Translations under genes and position numbers: made by a program
The notes under the pieces: model-generated
Told to the model about the DNA's origin: nothing
What the model saw: the letters and a program-made list of their open reading frames with translations, nothing else
Database searches by the model: none
From: Trichodelitschia bisporula
Lineage: Eukaryota
DNA: 64,000 bases
Assembly: GCA_010356995.1 (NCBI GenBank)
Contig: ML996697.1
Span: 616,153-680,152 of the forward strand
Direction of reading: 5' to 3'
In this document: piece after piece, positions 48,601-60,750 of the stretch
Position numbering within the stretch: the first letter of the stretch is position 1
Layout: each line of letters starts with the position of its first letter

Positions 48601-49553
48601 GATCAAGATCCCGCTTGCGGAGGATTCAGAACCGCTTTCTGTGCTGCCGCTGAACGAGCTGCAGAAGGATCCGGATGCCATGGATGTCGACAATGAGGAC
48701 GAAGACGAGGGCGTGGAGGACTACGGCATTGAGGTTGAGTACGACGGGCTCGACGAGGATCTCAAGGAGGACGACTCAGCCAAGATGGAGGAGAAGCTCA
48801 AGGAAGAGATTGACAACATTACAGCCGAACTCGAGAAGATGGCGCCCAACATGCGCGCAACCGACCGGCTCGAGGGCGTCGAGGCACGGCTCAAGCACAC
48901 GGAGAGGGAGTTTGATCAAGCGCGTCGTGCGGCGAAGCGGGCCAAGGACGACTTTGAAGACGTCAAGGACAAGCGCTTCGAGCTGTTCAACAAGGCGTTC
49001 AACCACATATCTGACCAGATTGGAGCGGTGTACAAGGACCTGACGCGGAGCGTGCAGACGCCGCTGGGTGGGCAAGCGTAAGTTCTTCCTCCCGGTGCAA
49101 AGACGACGCTGACATTATAGGTATCTTGATGCCGAGGACTCGGACGAGCCGTACCTCTATGGTCTCAAGTATCACGCCATGCCCCCGCTCAAGCGGTTCC
49201 GCGATATGGAGCACCTGTCCGGTGGCGAGAAGACAATGGCTGCGTTGGCACTGCTTTTTGCGGTACATTCGTACCAGCCGTCGCCGTTCTTCGTGCTTGA
49301 TGAGGTGGACGCGGCGCTCGACAACGCAAATGTCACGAAGCTGGTTGCATACATTAAACGTCATGCCGGACCCGGTATGCAGTTCATCGTGATCAGCTTG
49401 AAGCCAGGCTTCTTTGAGGGCAGCGAGACGCTCGTCGGCGTGATGCGCGATCAGTCGGTGAATTCGAGCAATACACTAACGCTGGATGTGAGTTTTTCTG
49501 TGTTCGCTGGTGGAGTGATGCTGACGAGTATACAGTTGCGGAAGTACAACTAG
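45627..49553 (+). CDS. SMC1: Cohesin subunit Smc1
   Basis: MGKLLRLELF-NFKSY, Walker A GPNGSGKSN, ARNFLVFQGDVE, hinge TFIPLDTI, LSGGEKT, FFVLDEVDAALD. Introns 45658-45698, 49078-49120 and 49488-49535. Confidence 0.96.
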
Positions 49554-51282
49554 GTTTTCGTGGCGCTGGTTCCGGTGGCTTCACGTACTTGTGGGTTACA
49601 CGTACTTGTGATATTAAGAATCGATTGACATCTCCCATCCCGAAGCCCAAGTGCCGACTTGAGTGTCGAAACTTGTAGTTTGACATCACCGTAGGAGCGC
49701 TAACTAGGTACCCGTCCAGTCAGTCCACACTCGTATTCAACATCACTGCGTCGGTAATTACATGTACCCATTCTCCCCCTCGTGTAAGAGCACTACGGTA
49801 GCAGACCCGACCGCCCTTCTCAACCCACCGGTCACTCCACCAGCCTCACCCCCCCAGCCCCGTCCCACCCAACGACGTCAACAAAGCACCCTAATCTCCC
49901 CTCTGCCCAAACGGCCCAGCATACAAGGCCCCCGTACGCCTGTCTCACCCCGTCGCACCATGCGTTTCATTCCCAGCATGGTCGCGGGGCACACACGCGC
50001 CGGTGCGCACCTCCCTCCGGTAGGCTCCACGTCCGCCGAACGGCGCATTCCAAATCCATGCTCTCAACCGCGTGCCCGTCCACCCTCGTTACGCAGCCCT
50101 GTGCCACGCGCCCCATGCTCCGTAATGGCCCAGCCCGTGCCCAGGGGGTAAGCAGCGTGAGCCCGCGCTGCGGCCCAACCTTAGCAATCCCTCTTATAGC
50201 GCGCCTGACGCCGCGTCATGTGACGCCCTCGTTGCGCAAGTGCGCCAGCGAGGCGTCCGGCGCAGCCAGCAAGTGGGCGCGGGAAAACGGGAGGGAGGCA
50301 ACAGTACGCGCGGAGGACGGGGGTGGGTGCCTCGCGCGCGATGCGCGGGGATAATGACGCATTTCGCCGGTCTTGCGCGTCTTCGCCACGGTAGCATCGT
50401 GCCTCCTTCGACCGCAGCCGCGCCTTCCAGACGCGCACACCCGGGCCCCGAGCCTCGCACGGCGCGCCCTTCGGACGTAACTCCGACCCATGCCAGCGGC
50501 GCCCTAACCCATAGCGCCTGCGCGGGCCGGCGCTGGAAACAGACGATAGGGCGGCGCGGGGCGCGGCCTGGGCCTGGTTTGGTCGGACTTAAGTCCGATG
50601 ATGCGGTGACGTCGTCGATCGGGTACTGAGTGTTTAGGGGCAAGCATGACCGCGCGCAGACCCGCGGGCCCCCTCCCCACTCGAGCCCAACGTTCACGCC
50701 TGCCCTGGCACGCCTGGCTTGGTTTCCCCCGCGCGACCCGACGCGGTGCAACGGGTCTATCACGCGCGCACACTGCGGATACGCGCAGGTGCGTTTCCGG
50801 GGGGTGGGTTGGCCGATCGAGCGGCGGGCCTGCGTGGTATCGCGCTGAGGGATAAAATGGCGAGGTGAGTTATCGACAGGGTGCAGGGGCGGTTCCGAGC
50901 GGCGCAACCAGCGTCTAGCCTCGCGTGCGCGACGATGATGGGCTCCGGTCGACCCTATCGCGGCGCTGCTTCGGGTAAATCGGGTAAATCGTGAGTAGTT
51001 GCCCGCGCGCGGTGCCCTTGTAGGGCCCGAGCGGTTTCTTTGCAATCTCCCTCGCGATGTTTCGACGTACGAGGTGCGCGAGCTGCCCGGGTGCGATTCT
51101 AAGGCCACCCCTCGGGACATGCCGCGCGCCTGTGCGCCGATGCTGCACCCGCTGATCGCGCTGGCGGCCCGGGTGCGTAGTCCGTGGCCGGGAATCCTGG
51201 CGGTGAAGGGGCAGTGGGCGGTGCGATGTTGCGGGGTGGGATCGGGGATGGGGTGGTATCGTGAGATTTTGGGAGGGTGGGA

Positions 51283-51292
51283 AGTATATAAG
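51283..51292 (+). promoter_or_regulatory. Candidate TATA box for the Cys-rich microprotein gene
   Basis: GTATATAAGG lies about 440 bp upstream of ATG 51724 and is followed by a pyrimidine-rich leader. Confidence 0.4.
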
Positions 51293-51723
51293 GGGAGGGT
51301 GGGACGGTGGGTGGATGAGAGAATGCGAACGGATTACCTTTAACTTACTGACTCTTATCGTGGACTGCCAGATTCAAACGAGCCTTCTGAATTGATTCTG
51401 TGTTGGCCAGGAAACGATCCATTTTCGCAGACTTGCCGCTTTTGGAATCTGGTTGTTTTCGGAGCTTGAAGCTTTCGTGAGCTTCGTCTTCGCCTTTTCC
51501 TCAACCCAACGTCTGAGGCTCTCCTGTTATTCTCCATCACCATCCGATCACCTCCTCTTCCGATCTTCCTATCTTTCACTTTCCCTCCCCGACACATCTC
51601 CTCATATTCTCATCTTCAACCTTTTTTATATTGGGTTCTCATCATATCTTCTTCCCATCCATCCTTACTACCAACCTCACCACTATCAACCTCACCGCCA
51701 CCATCCTCACTCTAGCCGTCACC

Positions 51724-51968
51724 ATGACCGTCGTCATGCCTCCACCGCCTTCCCCACCCAGCGCTACGAACAGCATGCGGTGTATCAGCGGACAAATCCT
51801 CAGCACCTGCCCACGCTGCGGCGGACACCCAACCGGGCCCGGGTAGGCGTCCCGTCTCGCCACCACCTCCAACCGCTGACAACGTCCAGGCTCCGCACTT
51901 CATGTACGTACTGCAACAGTACGGGCATCGTGGCGCACATCTGCCCGGGCTGCTCAGGGTGCGGTTAG
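51724..51968 (+). CDS. 65-aa cysteine-rich microprotein with DnaJ-like CxxCxG zinc-finger motifs
   Basis: CACCATG start. Intron 51843-51889 (GTAGGC..GCTGAC..CAG) gives MTVVMPPPPSPPSATNSMRCISGQILSTCPRCGGHPTGPGLRTSCTYCNSTGIVAHICPGCSGCG*. Confidence 0.72.
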
Positions 51969-52284
51969 TTTCGTCGCCCTCACACCTCTCCCTCCTATCT
52001 CCCCCTACACAACATCGCTACCCATGGCCGTTGCCAGTCTGCCCCCTCAAGAGGAGTCGCAGACACTTGTGGATGATTTATGCACACGCCGCAGGACGGA
52101 TCCCTCAGATTCTTACACTGTATCACTAGCTCAAGAGGCGATGAATTGACGTTGTCATTTGTACTGTAATCAAGTTTCCGTTCCATTCCATAACCCATCT
52201 CATTGCCCAAAGCACCAGCCGTGATACTCATCCGTGATCCAACCCACATTACCCAACCCCAACGCCTATCCAAATAAACCGCAC

Positions 52285-53740
52285 CTACTCCGCCTCACTC
52301 TCCTCACTCTCCTCACCTGCCCCAAACTCCTGCAGCAGCGCCGCCTCCAACGGATCCTCCACCTCCTCCTGCTCGCCATAAGCCTGATGCACCGGGCTCC
52401 CAAGCGCGATAGGCTCAACATCCACATCCTCCTCTCCCTCCCCATCCTCACTCCCCCCCATAACCACATCCCCATCCACATCCTCCTCGTCCTCCGCCGT
52501 CCCATTCTCAAACCCAAAATCAATCCGCACCTCCCGGCTCTCCTCCCTCTTCCGCGGCGTAAGCAATCCACTCCCAGGCGAATTCGCCGCCGAATGCAGA
52601 CTAATCGGCCCTGTCGCCGGGCCCCCATGCGGCAGGACCAGCTTCCTTGTCTGCTTCGGCGGCGCATCACCCATATCAATCTCCAACCCCCCATCCCCAT
52701 CATCCATCTCAAAATCCTCCTCCCCCTCCGCATCAACCTCATCATCACTCACACTGCTGAGGCCAGCCAAAATCTGCGCCTCCATATCCTCATCATCCGC
52801 ATCCGCATCCGCATCCGCATCCGCATCTTCATCACTCTCCCTCACAAACTCCTCAGACTTGAATTTCGGCTCCGCGGCCTTAGCCTTGCGCCCGGGACCC
52901 GGCAGCGACAATCCCTTATTCGTGTCGCCCGGCCGCGTGCTCGCCCGCCGATCAAGCCGCACGCTCGGAATCGGCGGCCGGGCGTTCTTCGCCTCGCTCT
53001 TCGTCGGCGCACTCGGCTCCGGCGAAGCAGCCTTGGCGCGGGGCGCGGGCCGCAGCGGATCGCCCTTCGCCTTCACCCGAGGCGCGGGGCGGGGCTTGGA
53101 AGGCAGAGGCGCCTTGTCCAGTGTTTTCGGCTTCGGCGCAAGGACAGGAGTCGGCGCCGCGCTGGGCGTCATGCTCTTCGGTGTGCCAGGCCATGTGCGC
53201 AGCACATTGCGCACGTCGTAGGGGTTGTTCGGGTCGGCGTCGCCGTCGTCGCCCGAGGAGCCGGTGTCGTGGTCTGAGCCGGCATTGGTGGAGGTTTCGG
53301 ATGTTCGGGGCTTGAGTTGCGGGTACTTTGTGCCGGTAGGGGAGGACTTGAGGTTGAAGGTGAAGGCGTGGGGGAGGCGTTCGAGGGTGGCGGTGCGGGC
53401 GGGCTCGTCAAAGACGACGACGTAACTGCGCGAGCTGGAGTGGCGGGTGCCGGTGTAGGTGTGTGGTTCTTCGGCGCCGTCGGTTATGGAGAGGGAGATG
53501 GGGGAGGTGGCTGTGAGGGTGGTTGTGCGGGGGGGGTTGGAGGGGGGGATTGGTGGCTTGTGGTTGTCTAGGTTGTTAGCGGGTGGTGGCAGAGGGTGCG
53601 AGAGAGGACATACAGCGAATGCTGGTATAGATATTCGAGGCCTCGTTCTTGTTCGTGATGCTTTCGCCTAGCTTAATAGTGTACCGCCCGGGCTTGTACG
53701 GATCAAGGCCCGGGGCGGCCGAGGATGGCGAGCTAGACAT
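52285..53740 (-). CDS. ELL-associated factor (EAF N-terminal domain) transcription elongation protein
   Basis: DPYKPGRYTIKLGESI..YTSIR-YNHKP..YTG..YVVVFD..ATLERL..FTFNL, then a low-complexity tail with GGPATGPISL and an acidic end ESEESEAE. Intron 53568-53613. Confidence 0.82.
52793..52827. repeat. (GCATCC)n hexamer microsatellite encoding poly(Asp-Ala) in the EAF-domain gene
   Basis: About 5 tandem copies of gcatcc; the protein reads DADADADADADDED. Confidence 0.8.
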
Positions 53741-54598
53741 GTTGGATATACTGGTAGTCGACTTGGGACGCGCCAAAAAACGAGAACGAGAACTAGAGGC
53801 GGTGAGGAGAGGTGGAAGACGTTGAGATGAAGAGGATGTTGGGCGGGGTTACGGCCTCCCGGACAAAGCGACAAAGGCCGCCATTGAGGTGAGGTTGCTT
53901 GTGACGGCTGCTGACTCAGCTTCTCTGGACCGCGGTCACAAGACTGTTGATGACTAAGCGGGCAAGGCTGGGAGCTGTGGGAAGGAGACGGTGCAGATGC
54001 AAAATGTAGAAGAGTGCATACGATGCAGCTCTTTAAGCAGTGAAAGTGGGAGCAGTGACTTCGCTTTCTGGTAGCGACTCACTAGTTGGGTCCTGAATAT
54101 CGGTGCAGCATCGGACACCCTTCCAGCTTCTCTACACCCCAGAGGCACATCCCAAGGACGACGCCCTGAAAGCAAGGCTGAACAACCTCAAGCCACATCC
54201 ATCGCTCCGGGTCGTTTGCCTCATCTCCACTCCTCTACTCACCGATCCTGCAGGGCGTCCCGAGGGAGCGGCCTCGACGCGCCTTCACTCGCGGATCCCT
54301 ACTGTCGGGACCGAGATCGCGTGGTCAACGTCGTCACAGGCAACCAAATCGGTAACCAAAGGAACAGGAAGTGAGTCAGGACCCAATGGAATTTGCGGGC
54401 TGTGCCGCCGGGTATGCTAGAAGAACAACCAAGAAGCGAAATGCCACAATACCACCCAAGCGCTGAGACCAAGAATCCAAGGGAAGATCGTACAGAGTCC
54501 AGTCCGCATATCCGTCCCGAACCAACGCCGTTTTCATCGGCGCCCTCCCGCCATCCATTCATCCGATAACGCCATATATGCAGTCGTTCATCCAACCG

Positions 54599-55388
54599 TC
54601 ACTCCAACATCGAGCCATCCTTCATCTTGCGCCTCCTGTTCTTCGGAATATCCTGCTGGTGGTAGTTCCGTAGATGCTCCGTCAAATGGTCCTTGCGCGT
54701 GAAGCCCTCTCTCCCCTTCCGACTGCACCGCGGCATCGTGCAGTCAAACCGCTTGCTGTTCTCGTCGTGCGTGCACTCGAAGTGCCGCGTCAAGTCGGCC
54801 TTGCGTGCAAACTCGGCATTGCAGGCCGCGCAGCAGTGGGGCTTCTTGGACGACCTTGAAGTCACGGACATGCCGGAGTTGGAGCGATCGCCGAAGCGGG
54901 AACTAGGGGAAAGATCAATGAATGCGTATGCAGGATGGGAGAGAGAGAACTCACTTTTCGTCGAGCGACTGGTCGCTCCGCCCGTCACCTTCGCTGCTCC
55001 CGTACGCAGATTCCTCTGTCTGCGTCCTGTACTGAGACCACTGGCTGTTGGGATAGCGCGCGTCGTAGGCCTGGGTGGTGTAATTGCTGTTGACCATGTC
55101 CCAGGTGCGGTTCTCCTGGCCCACCATATTCGTCTGCAGACCGGTGTGGTATTCTTGGGGGTAGTTCATCGCGGTGGGCTTCAAGTCAAGTCAACTCCGC
55201 ACCATTTAGAAGAAAGAAAAGAGAACGTACATATTGGATGGGAAGAGCAGCCTGAGTGCCGTACATCTCGGATTCATACTGCGGATAGATCTGCTCCGTC
55301 TGCATTGATTAGTCATGCCCAACTCCGCGCCGCAACATTCACATACCGGAAAGTACGGCGAGTTAAGCTCAAACATCTTGTCAAGCAT
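54599..55388 (-). CDS. C2H2 zinc-finger transcription factor (~212 aa, two C-terminal fingers)
   Basis: CAACNAEFARKADLTRHFECTH and CTMPRCSRKGREGFTRKDHLTEHLRNYH. Introns 55300-55346, 55179-55230 and 54903-54954 keep the frame. TATAAA on the minus strand near 55501-55507. Confidence 0.85.
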
Positions 55389-57241
55389 CGCGTCAGTGGC
55401 GGTGGCGGCTTCAATCGGGGATATCCGGAAGGTGTGGGACACGGGTAGGGCGGTGGGTTAGGTCTCAAAGCTGCTGAGCGCCCCCGCGACTCCCACACTC
55501 TTTATACTCTTCCCACTCAGCATCACAGCAAACAAGGCCTCTTGACCGCCCGTCGTGTCCTTACGCATATAGTCACTCGTCACACCCCAAAAAAAGGAAC
55601 GAGGCGACGAGTAATTCGTACCCTCAGCGCACTCCCAGCACCTGTGAGCAGGCATGAATTATCACAACACTTACACTCCAAAAACCGCGTGGCAGCCAGG
55701 CCGTCCAGCAAATCGACTCAGGCAGGCCGTCATAGGCATATTCCACCTGCCCGCGCGTGCGTGGCAGCCCAGAGACCGGCCTCCAGCCTTACGTGGCGTC
55801 CAACGACCCGGCCACACGCAAGAAGGAAGCCATCAGTGAGGTGTCAATTTCTGTGTGCAGCGTAAGGGAGCGAGCCGAAGCGCGCAACGAAGCGAGCAGC
55901 GTGAAACGTACCTAGCAGACGAAAGGACAAAACGAGACAGAGCTTGAGAATAGCTACGCTATTGTAGCCAGAGGCCGCATATCTCCCCACGCCCGCAGAT
56001 CGATCGCAACATCGGCCGGGCACCCGAGCCCGCGTGCCCCGCCGAGCCTCCCGCCGCCGGCCCGAGGCGCCTGCCGATGCCTCGCCCGCATTTCCAGCAC
56101 GCCCAAAAGCAACACCACCACCCCATCCGCATCGTCGACTCCCAACACGCACTTCAAAAACATGCAAGCGGCCTCTCCCTCACAGCTGCTGATTATTCCA
56201 TCTCCTTCCCCTCCGTTCCTCTGCCGCACCATCCCAAGCCTCACTCCCCCCTCCCAACACCCACGTATGCGGCATCCGGCGCCACGCGATTGGTCCACGA
56301 CACTGCGGCCGCTCTGACAACGACGCCGTCGCAGAGAGGTACTAGCACGTCGCAATCAGCATCGCGTCACAACTCACAAGAGGCGCTCGCGACATCCCCC
56401 TCAAAGTCCGTTTTCAGCTCGCCGCGACACCTCGACGGCGTCGCCGCGCGCAAAGCGCGATGCATCTCCCATGGTCTCACTCCCAAATCTGCAGAATCCC
56501 CACCCCGCACTCACAGCCTCATCTTCCCCCTCTTTCCACATCCTAGTACCTCGAAGCCCAAAATTGCGAAGAGTCATCCACTAGACTTCTAGAAGCGAGG
56601 AATCCAGGCCGACCTCCGTCATCATTGCCCCCCTTCCACCAAGAAATCCACCCAAGGAGCCGCCAAATTCCCATGCGTTGGCACTTCCCCAATGGTCCCC
56701 CTCCTCAGGCTGGAAGGGTCCAACACACGTTGCATCGTGCAGCGCAGCGCGCCGTGGCAGCCTCATTGCCGCTTCCCCTCTCTTCTCCCCCTTCTCTACT
56801 TCCACGATCTAACTCAGCCTCACTCCCCCCCTGCCTGCACCCTCCACGTCTCGGCCTCGACCACCACCGAAGCGCGTTACCCGCCTCGTTGGCTGGAGAG
56901 CTCGGAGTCTTCCCCAAGTCACGAGAGACGTCAGTAGAAAAGATCGAGTCATACCTCGAATCCACTGCCTATTCACCTCTCGACCAAGGGGCCACTCGCA
57001 AGCACAAAAGACACGTGCCAGAGGAGGACTGCTCCGAAGCATGCATTACCCGTGACCATCCCGCTTAGTCATCCCGACCCACGCGGACAGGGAGGCAAGA
57101 CGATCAGTCCGCCGCAACGCCTGTTCGATAATGTAACATCGTCCTACAGTCACAACAGCGACCATTCACCTTCATACAGTCCTGCAGCACCCATTCCCCT
57201 AACAACATATATTTCAAACGCATCCCATTCCCGCAAGAGCA

Positions 57242-59190
57242 CTACAAATCGTCCTCCAGCCACCTGTAGTGGAACTTGAAATCCGCTTTGCGCCGGTTCA
57301 TCCTGCACATATTAGCTTTTCCAGTCCATATCAACTCTAAAAAGAAGCTCACCATGTGCTCTCATAGTCAAAGAAGCGGTACGTCCCCTGCTCGTAATCC
57401 TCTGTGATACTCTTAGGCTCCTCGTGCCGCTGAAACCACGTTTGGTACTGCTTATGAAAGCGCCAGCTTTGTGCTTTGAGCGCCTTGGCCGCCAGGTATT
57501 GTTGGTAGGTGCCCTGTCGATAGTAAAATGCGTAGAACAGCGTATCGCCATCCACCCGAGTGTACAATCGAGCATCGTCAAACAAGCCCAGTGGTTCCTG
57601 CGGATAATGGGAGGGTGTGTATGGGTACGGATTTTGCGGCCGGTAGTGCATCGGACGCTCAGCATCCACAGATTCAGGAAATGACACTGCCCCCGCTGCA
57701 AATAACCGCTGCGCATCGGGGTTCAGTGGCGGCCGCGATGCCGCCGACTTTGCTGCCTCGAACGCACTGACCAGGTCCTCCAGGCTCGCGGGGAGGTGGT
57801 AGATTGGCTCATCTTCATCATCTGAGTGTGTGTCGCCGTTTGTTAGTGCAGGCGTCAGCGGGTGATCATCGGCCCCTTTTTCAGACTTGGATTCCTCTGC
57901 TGTCGGCGGCGCTACGGCGGCGGGCGGAGCTTTCACGGGTGCTGGAGGTGCCGGAGACTCAACCGGTCGTGATGCAGATGAGCTAGACGAAGGTGCAGAA
58001 ACCGGTTGTGCCGGCGGCACGGTGGGAGATTTGAGACTGGCGGAAGTAACAGCTGGCGAAGCGGCGGCCAATTTAGAGCCCGGTGGAGCCGGTAGCGCCG
58101 CTACTCCTAGCTCGTTTTGCTCGCCCGCTGCTGCAGCGGCGGCAGCAGACGCGTATTTTAACGGTTCCGCGCGTGCAGGCGGCGGAGCGGGCTTCATCAC
58201 AGCGGCCGAAGAGCCATTGCTCGTAGGAAGCGGCGCATGCAGCGTCGCAAGTGCTGGTAAAGGCGATTTGAGTTGTGTTGACGGGCGGCGAGCAGAAGGG
58301 GCGGAAATGTCAGAGATGGACGTCGACTTTTGCTTCCCAGACACAATAGGTCGGTCGTCTCCGAGGTCGTCCGCGAGCGACTGCGTGTCCTGAGACGAAA
58401 CGCGATCCGTGTCCCCAACCATGCCAAAGAGGTCCTCCTCGTCTTGCAGGTCGAGCTCGTCGTAAATTTCTTCGTTCTCAACGAAATCGGCGCTGCGGTT
58501 CTCCTCGACGTAGTACTTGATCTCCTCCTCCAACTCCTTGACCTGCTCTACATCTAGTCCGCCATTCTCCAATGACCGCCACATGAGCTCGAGGCGCGAC
58601 TGGTGCCACTTGTGCCGTTCCGTCAGCCTCTCCAGCGCCGCCGCGCGCTCTGACTTGGCAGTGTCCTTCTTGCCTTTCTTGATGCTGGCAATGATGTTTT
58701 CTGCCTCGGCCTCGGTTTGTTCGATCTGGCGCTCCAGTTCGTCGACCATCCTGGAGAGAAACTCACACACTTCAGCCTTTTCCCGCTCCTTTGGGTCCAG
58801 CTTGGCAGCAGCCTGGAGGCCCTCTTTGGAATATGCTTTCGTCTTCATCTCCTTCTCGACCGCCTTGAACTTCTCCATTTGCTACAGGACACGGTCAGTA
58901 ACTGCATGGACCACTAAGTGATGATCGGAACACACCGTTTCGATCAGCTTGCGCTGCTCGAGCAGCGCCTTCTTGTCCTTGATCTCATTACTCGCAGCCC
59001 AGGCCTTGATCTGGTCGCGGGAACGTTGCAACTTCTTGATCTCTTTCTTGAGTGCATCCTCGAGTTTCTCCTTCTGTGCCGGATTCGTTGCTTGCTGAAT
59101 CTTCTCGTAGACGGACTCGAATTGTTGCACGCCTTCCGACACCTTCTTGAAGCACTTTTCGATCTCGTTTTGTAGTTTGCGTGCCGCCAT
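57242..59190 (-). CDS. NOT3: CCR4-NOT complex subunit Not3/Not5
   Basis: [41 protein letters not shown], and the C-terminal NOT box [46 protein letters not shown]. Introns 58882-58935 and 57303-57352. Confidence 0.95.
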
Positions 59191-59569
59191 GACTGCTGAC
59201 GGCGCTTTGCGCGAGGAGGGGTAGGAGGAGTCGCTGGCCGCGATGCAAGGGGGAGAGGCGACGCGGGAGCGGGGTGGTGTTTGATGGAGATGTGTCGATG
59301 CGGCTCCGGGGAGGAAGGAGGTTGGTGGAGATAGGCGGAGGTGCACGGCAGCTGAAGCGGTGAATGGAGAACAGGAGACGCGCCCCGGCGTAACTGGAGG
59401 GTGTTCGCGTGTTGTAGTGTTTGGTGTCTGGTGTTGGTTGGGTGGTTGAGGTGGGAGGTATTGGTGTCCCTTAGGATGAGTAGTCCGGTCTAGGTCGTCG
59501 CTTCCCCTTCCTCGTGTCGTGCAGCCATGCGGGCAGATCGGGAAGGCGCTTGGTATCCTTGCTCCGCTC

Positions 59570-59583
59570 ATGTCACGTGACAT
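59570..59583. promoter_or_regulatory. Perfect 14-bp palindrome with a Cbf1-type E-box in the NOT3/DTD1 divergent promoter
   Basis: ATGTCACGTGACAT. Confidence 0.55.
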
Positions 59584-59673
59584 CTTAACTCAGCTTCGCG
59601 AATGGAGATTTGAGCGCGAATAGCTTCATCAAGATAACGAGATAGCCATCACCGATACAATGAGATAGCAAAC

Positions 59674-60493
59674 ATGAAAGGTGCGATTAAAGAATACGCC
59701 CTTGACTGACCCCTGCTCACCTCTGCAGTCGTCCTCCAACGTGTCAAGTCCGCGTCCGTGTCCGTCGACGGCAAACTAATCTCGTCCATCGGAAAGGGCC
59801 TTCTCGCCTTTGCCGCCGTTAGCAGAGACGACACGCTCAAAGATGTTGAGAAGTCGGCTGCCAAACTGCTAAAAATGCGGCTATGGGACGATGGCGAAGG
59901 AAAAGTGTGCTGACTGAACCTCCAACGAAACAACAACTAAAGCCCAGCAGTCATGGAAACAAAGCGTACTGGACATTGAAGGAGAAGTGCTCTGCGGTTC
60001 GCCATCGCACTATATCTCTCGACCACCACAAACTGACTTCCAAGTCTCGCAATTTACTCTCCTTGCCTCTACTAAGAAGGGCAACAAGCCCGACTTTCAC
60101 CGCTCTGCTCCCCCCGACGCCGCGCGCGCTATCTACTCCGCCTTCGTCGAACACCTGAAGTCGCTCTACGAGCCAGCACGCATCAAAGATGGCATCTTCC
60201 AAGCCTATATGGACGTCTCCCTCGTCAATGATGGTCCTGTAGGTCTCAGTTACACGTGCATCGACGACGCGGTAAGCCCTCCTGCACGCGGTAACCGGTA
60301 CTAAGCCTTTACACCGCAGGTCACCCTCGAAATAAACACTGATCCGCCGCCGTTGGATGTCCCCAGTGGAATGACTGGACTTTCTACAGCGACCACCGTA
60401 ACGGGAAGTTATTCAATGGAGGACTTGGTCGAAGGCGTGCAGAAGCTGGCGAAGGCCGGCGCGTTTACCATGCCGCCGGAGTTGTTGGAGTAG
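59674..60493 (+). CDS. DTD1: D-aminoacyl-tRNA deacylase
   Basis: MK-VVLQRVKSASVSVDG, LC-VSQFTL, KKGNKPDFH, GIFQAYMDVSLVNDGP-VT. Introns 59681-59728, 59905-59950 (or 59947), 59997-60044, and 60239 or 60272 to 60319. Confidence 0.93.
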
Positions 60494-60750
60494 CGGGATC
60501 GGATGGACGGGCGGTTTAGTCAGGCGTTCGGACGGTCGTTAGACAGCGAGCAAGCAGTTCACTTACCCGTGCCTGTACTTTGGTCATGTCGTTGTGATGC
60601 AACTCTTTTCGTCCCAGCTAAATGCGCCTCCGCTGATTGGCCACCCGAAATCCGGGGAAGCTACGGTAGCTAGCTCGGCGGACGTCATGTCGAAATGCTT
60701 CGACACGCCAATTCAGACGGCACTCCATTGCACTCTCATAGCAGCCCAAA

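Noticed and set aside
50194..51120. 308-aa Arg/Ala/Pro-rich minus-strand ORF
   Set aside because: Non-ATG start and a composition typical of GC-rich non-coding DNA; no domain.
6324..60493. Functional cluster of RNA and transcription genes (Hub1-like, DEG1, SPT6, eIF3i, EAF, NOT3, DTD1)
   Set aside because: Such genes are common in gene-dense fungal core regions; no shared motif or single pathway is evident.
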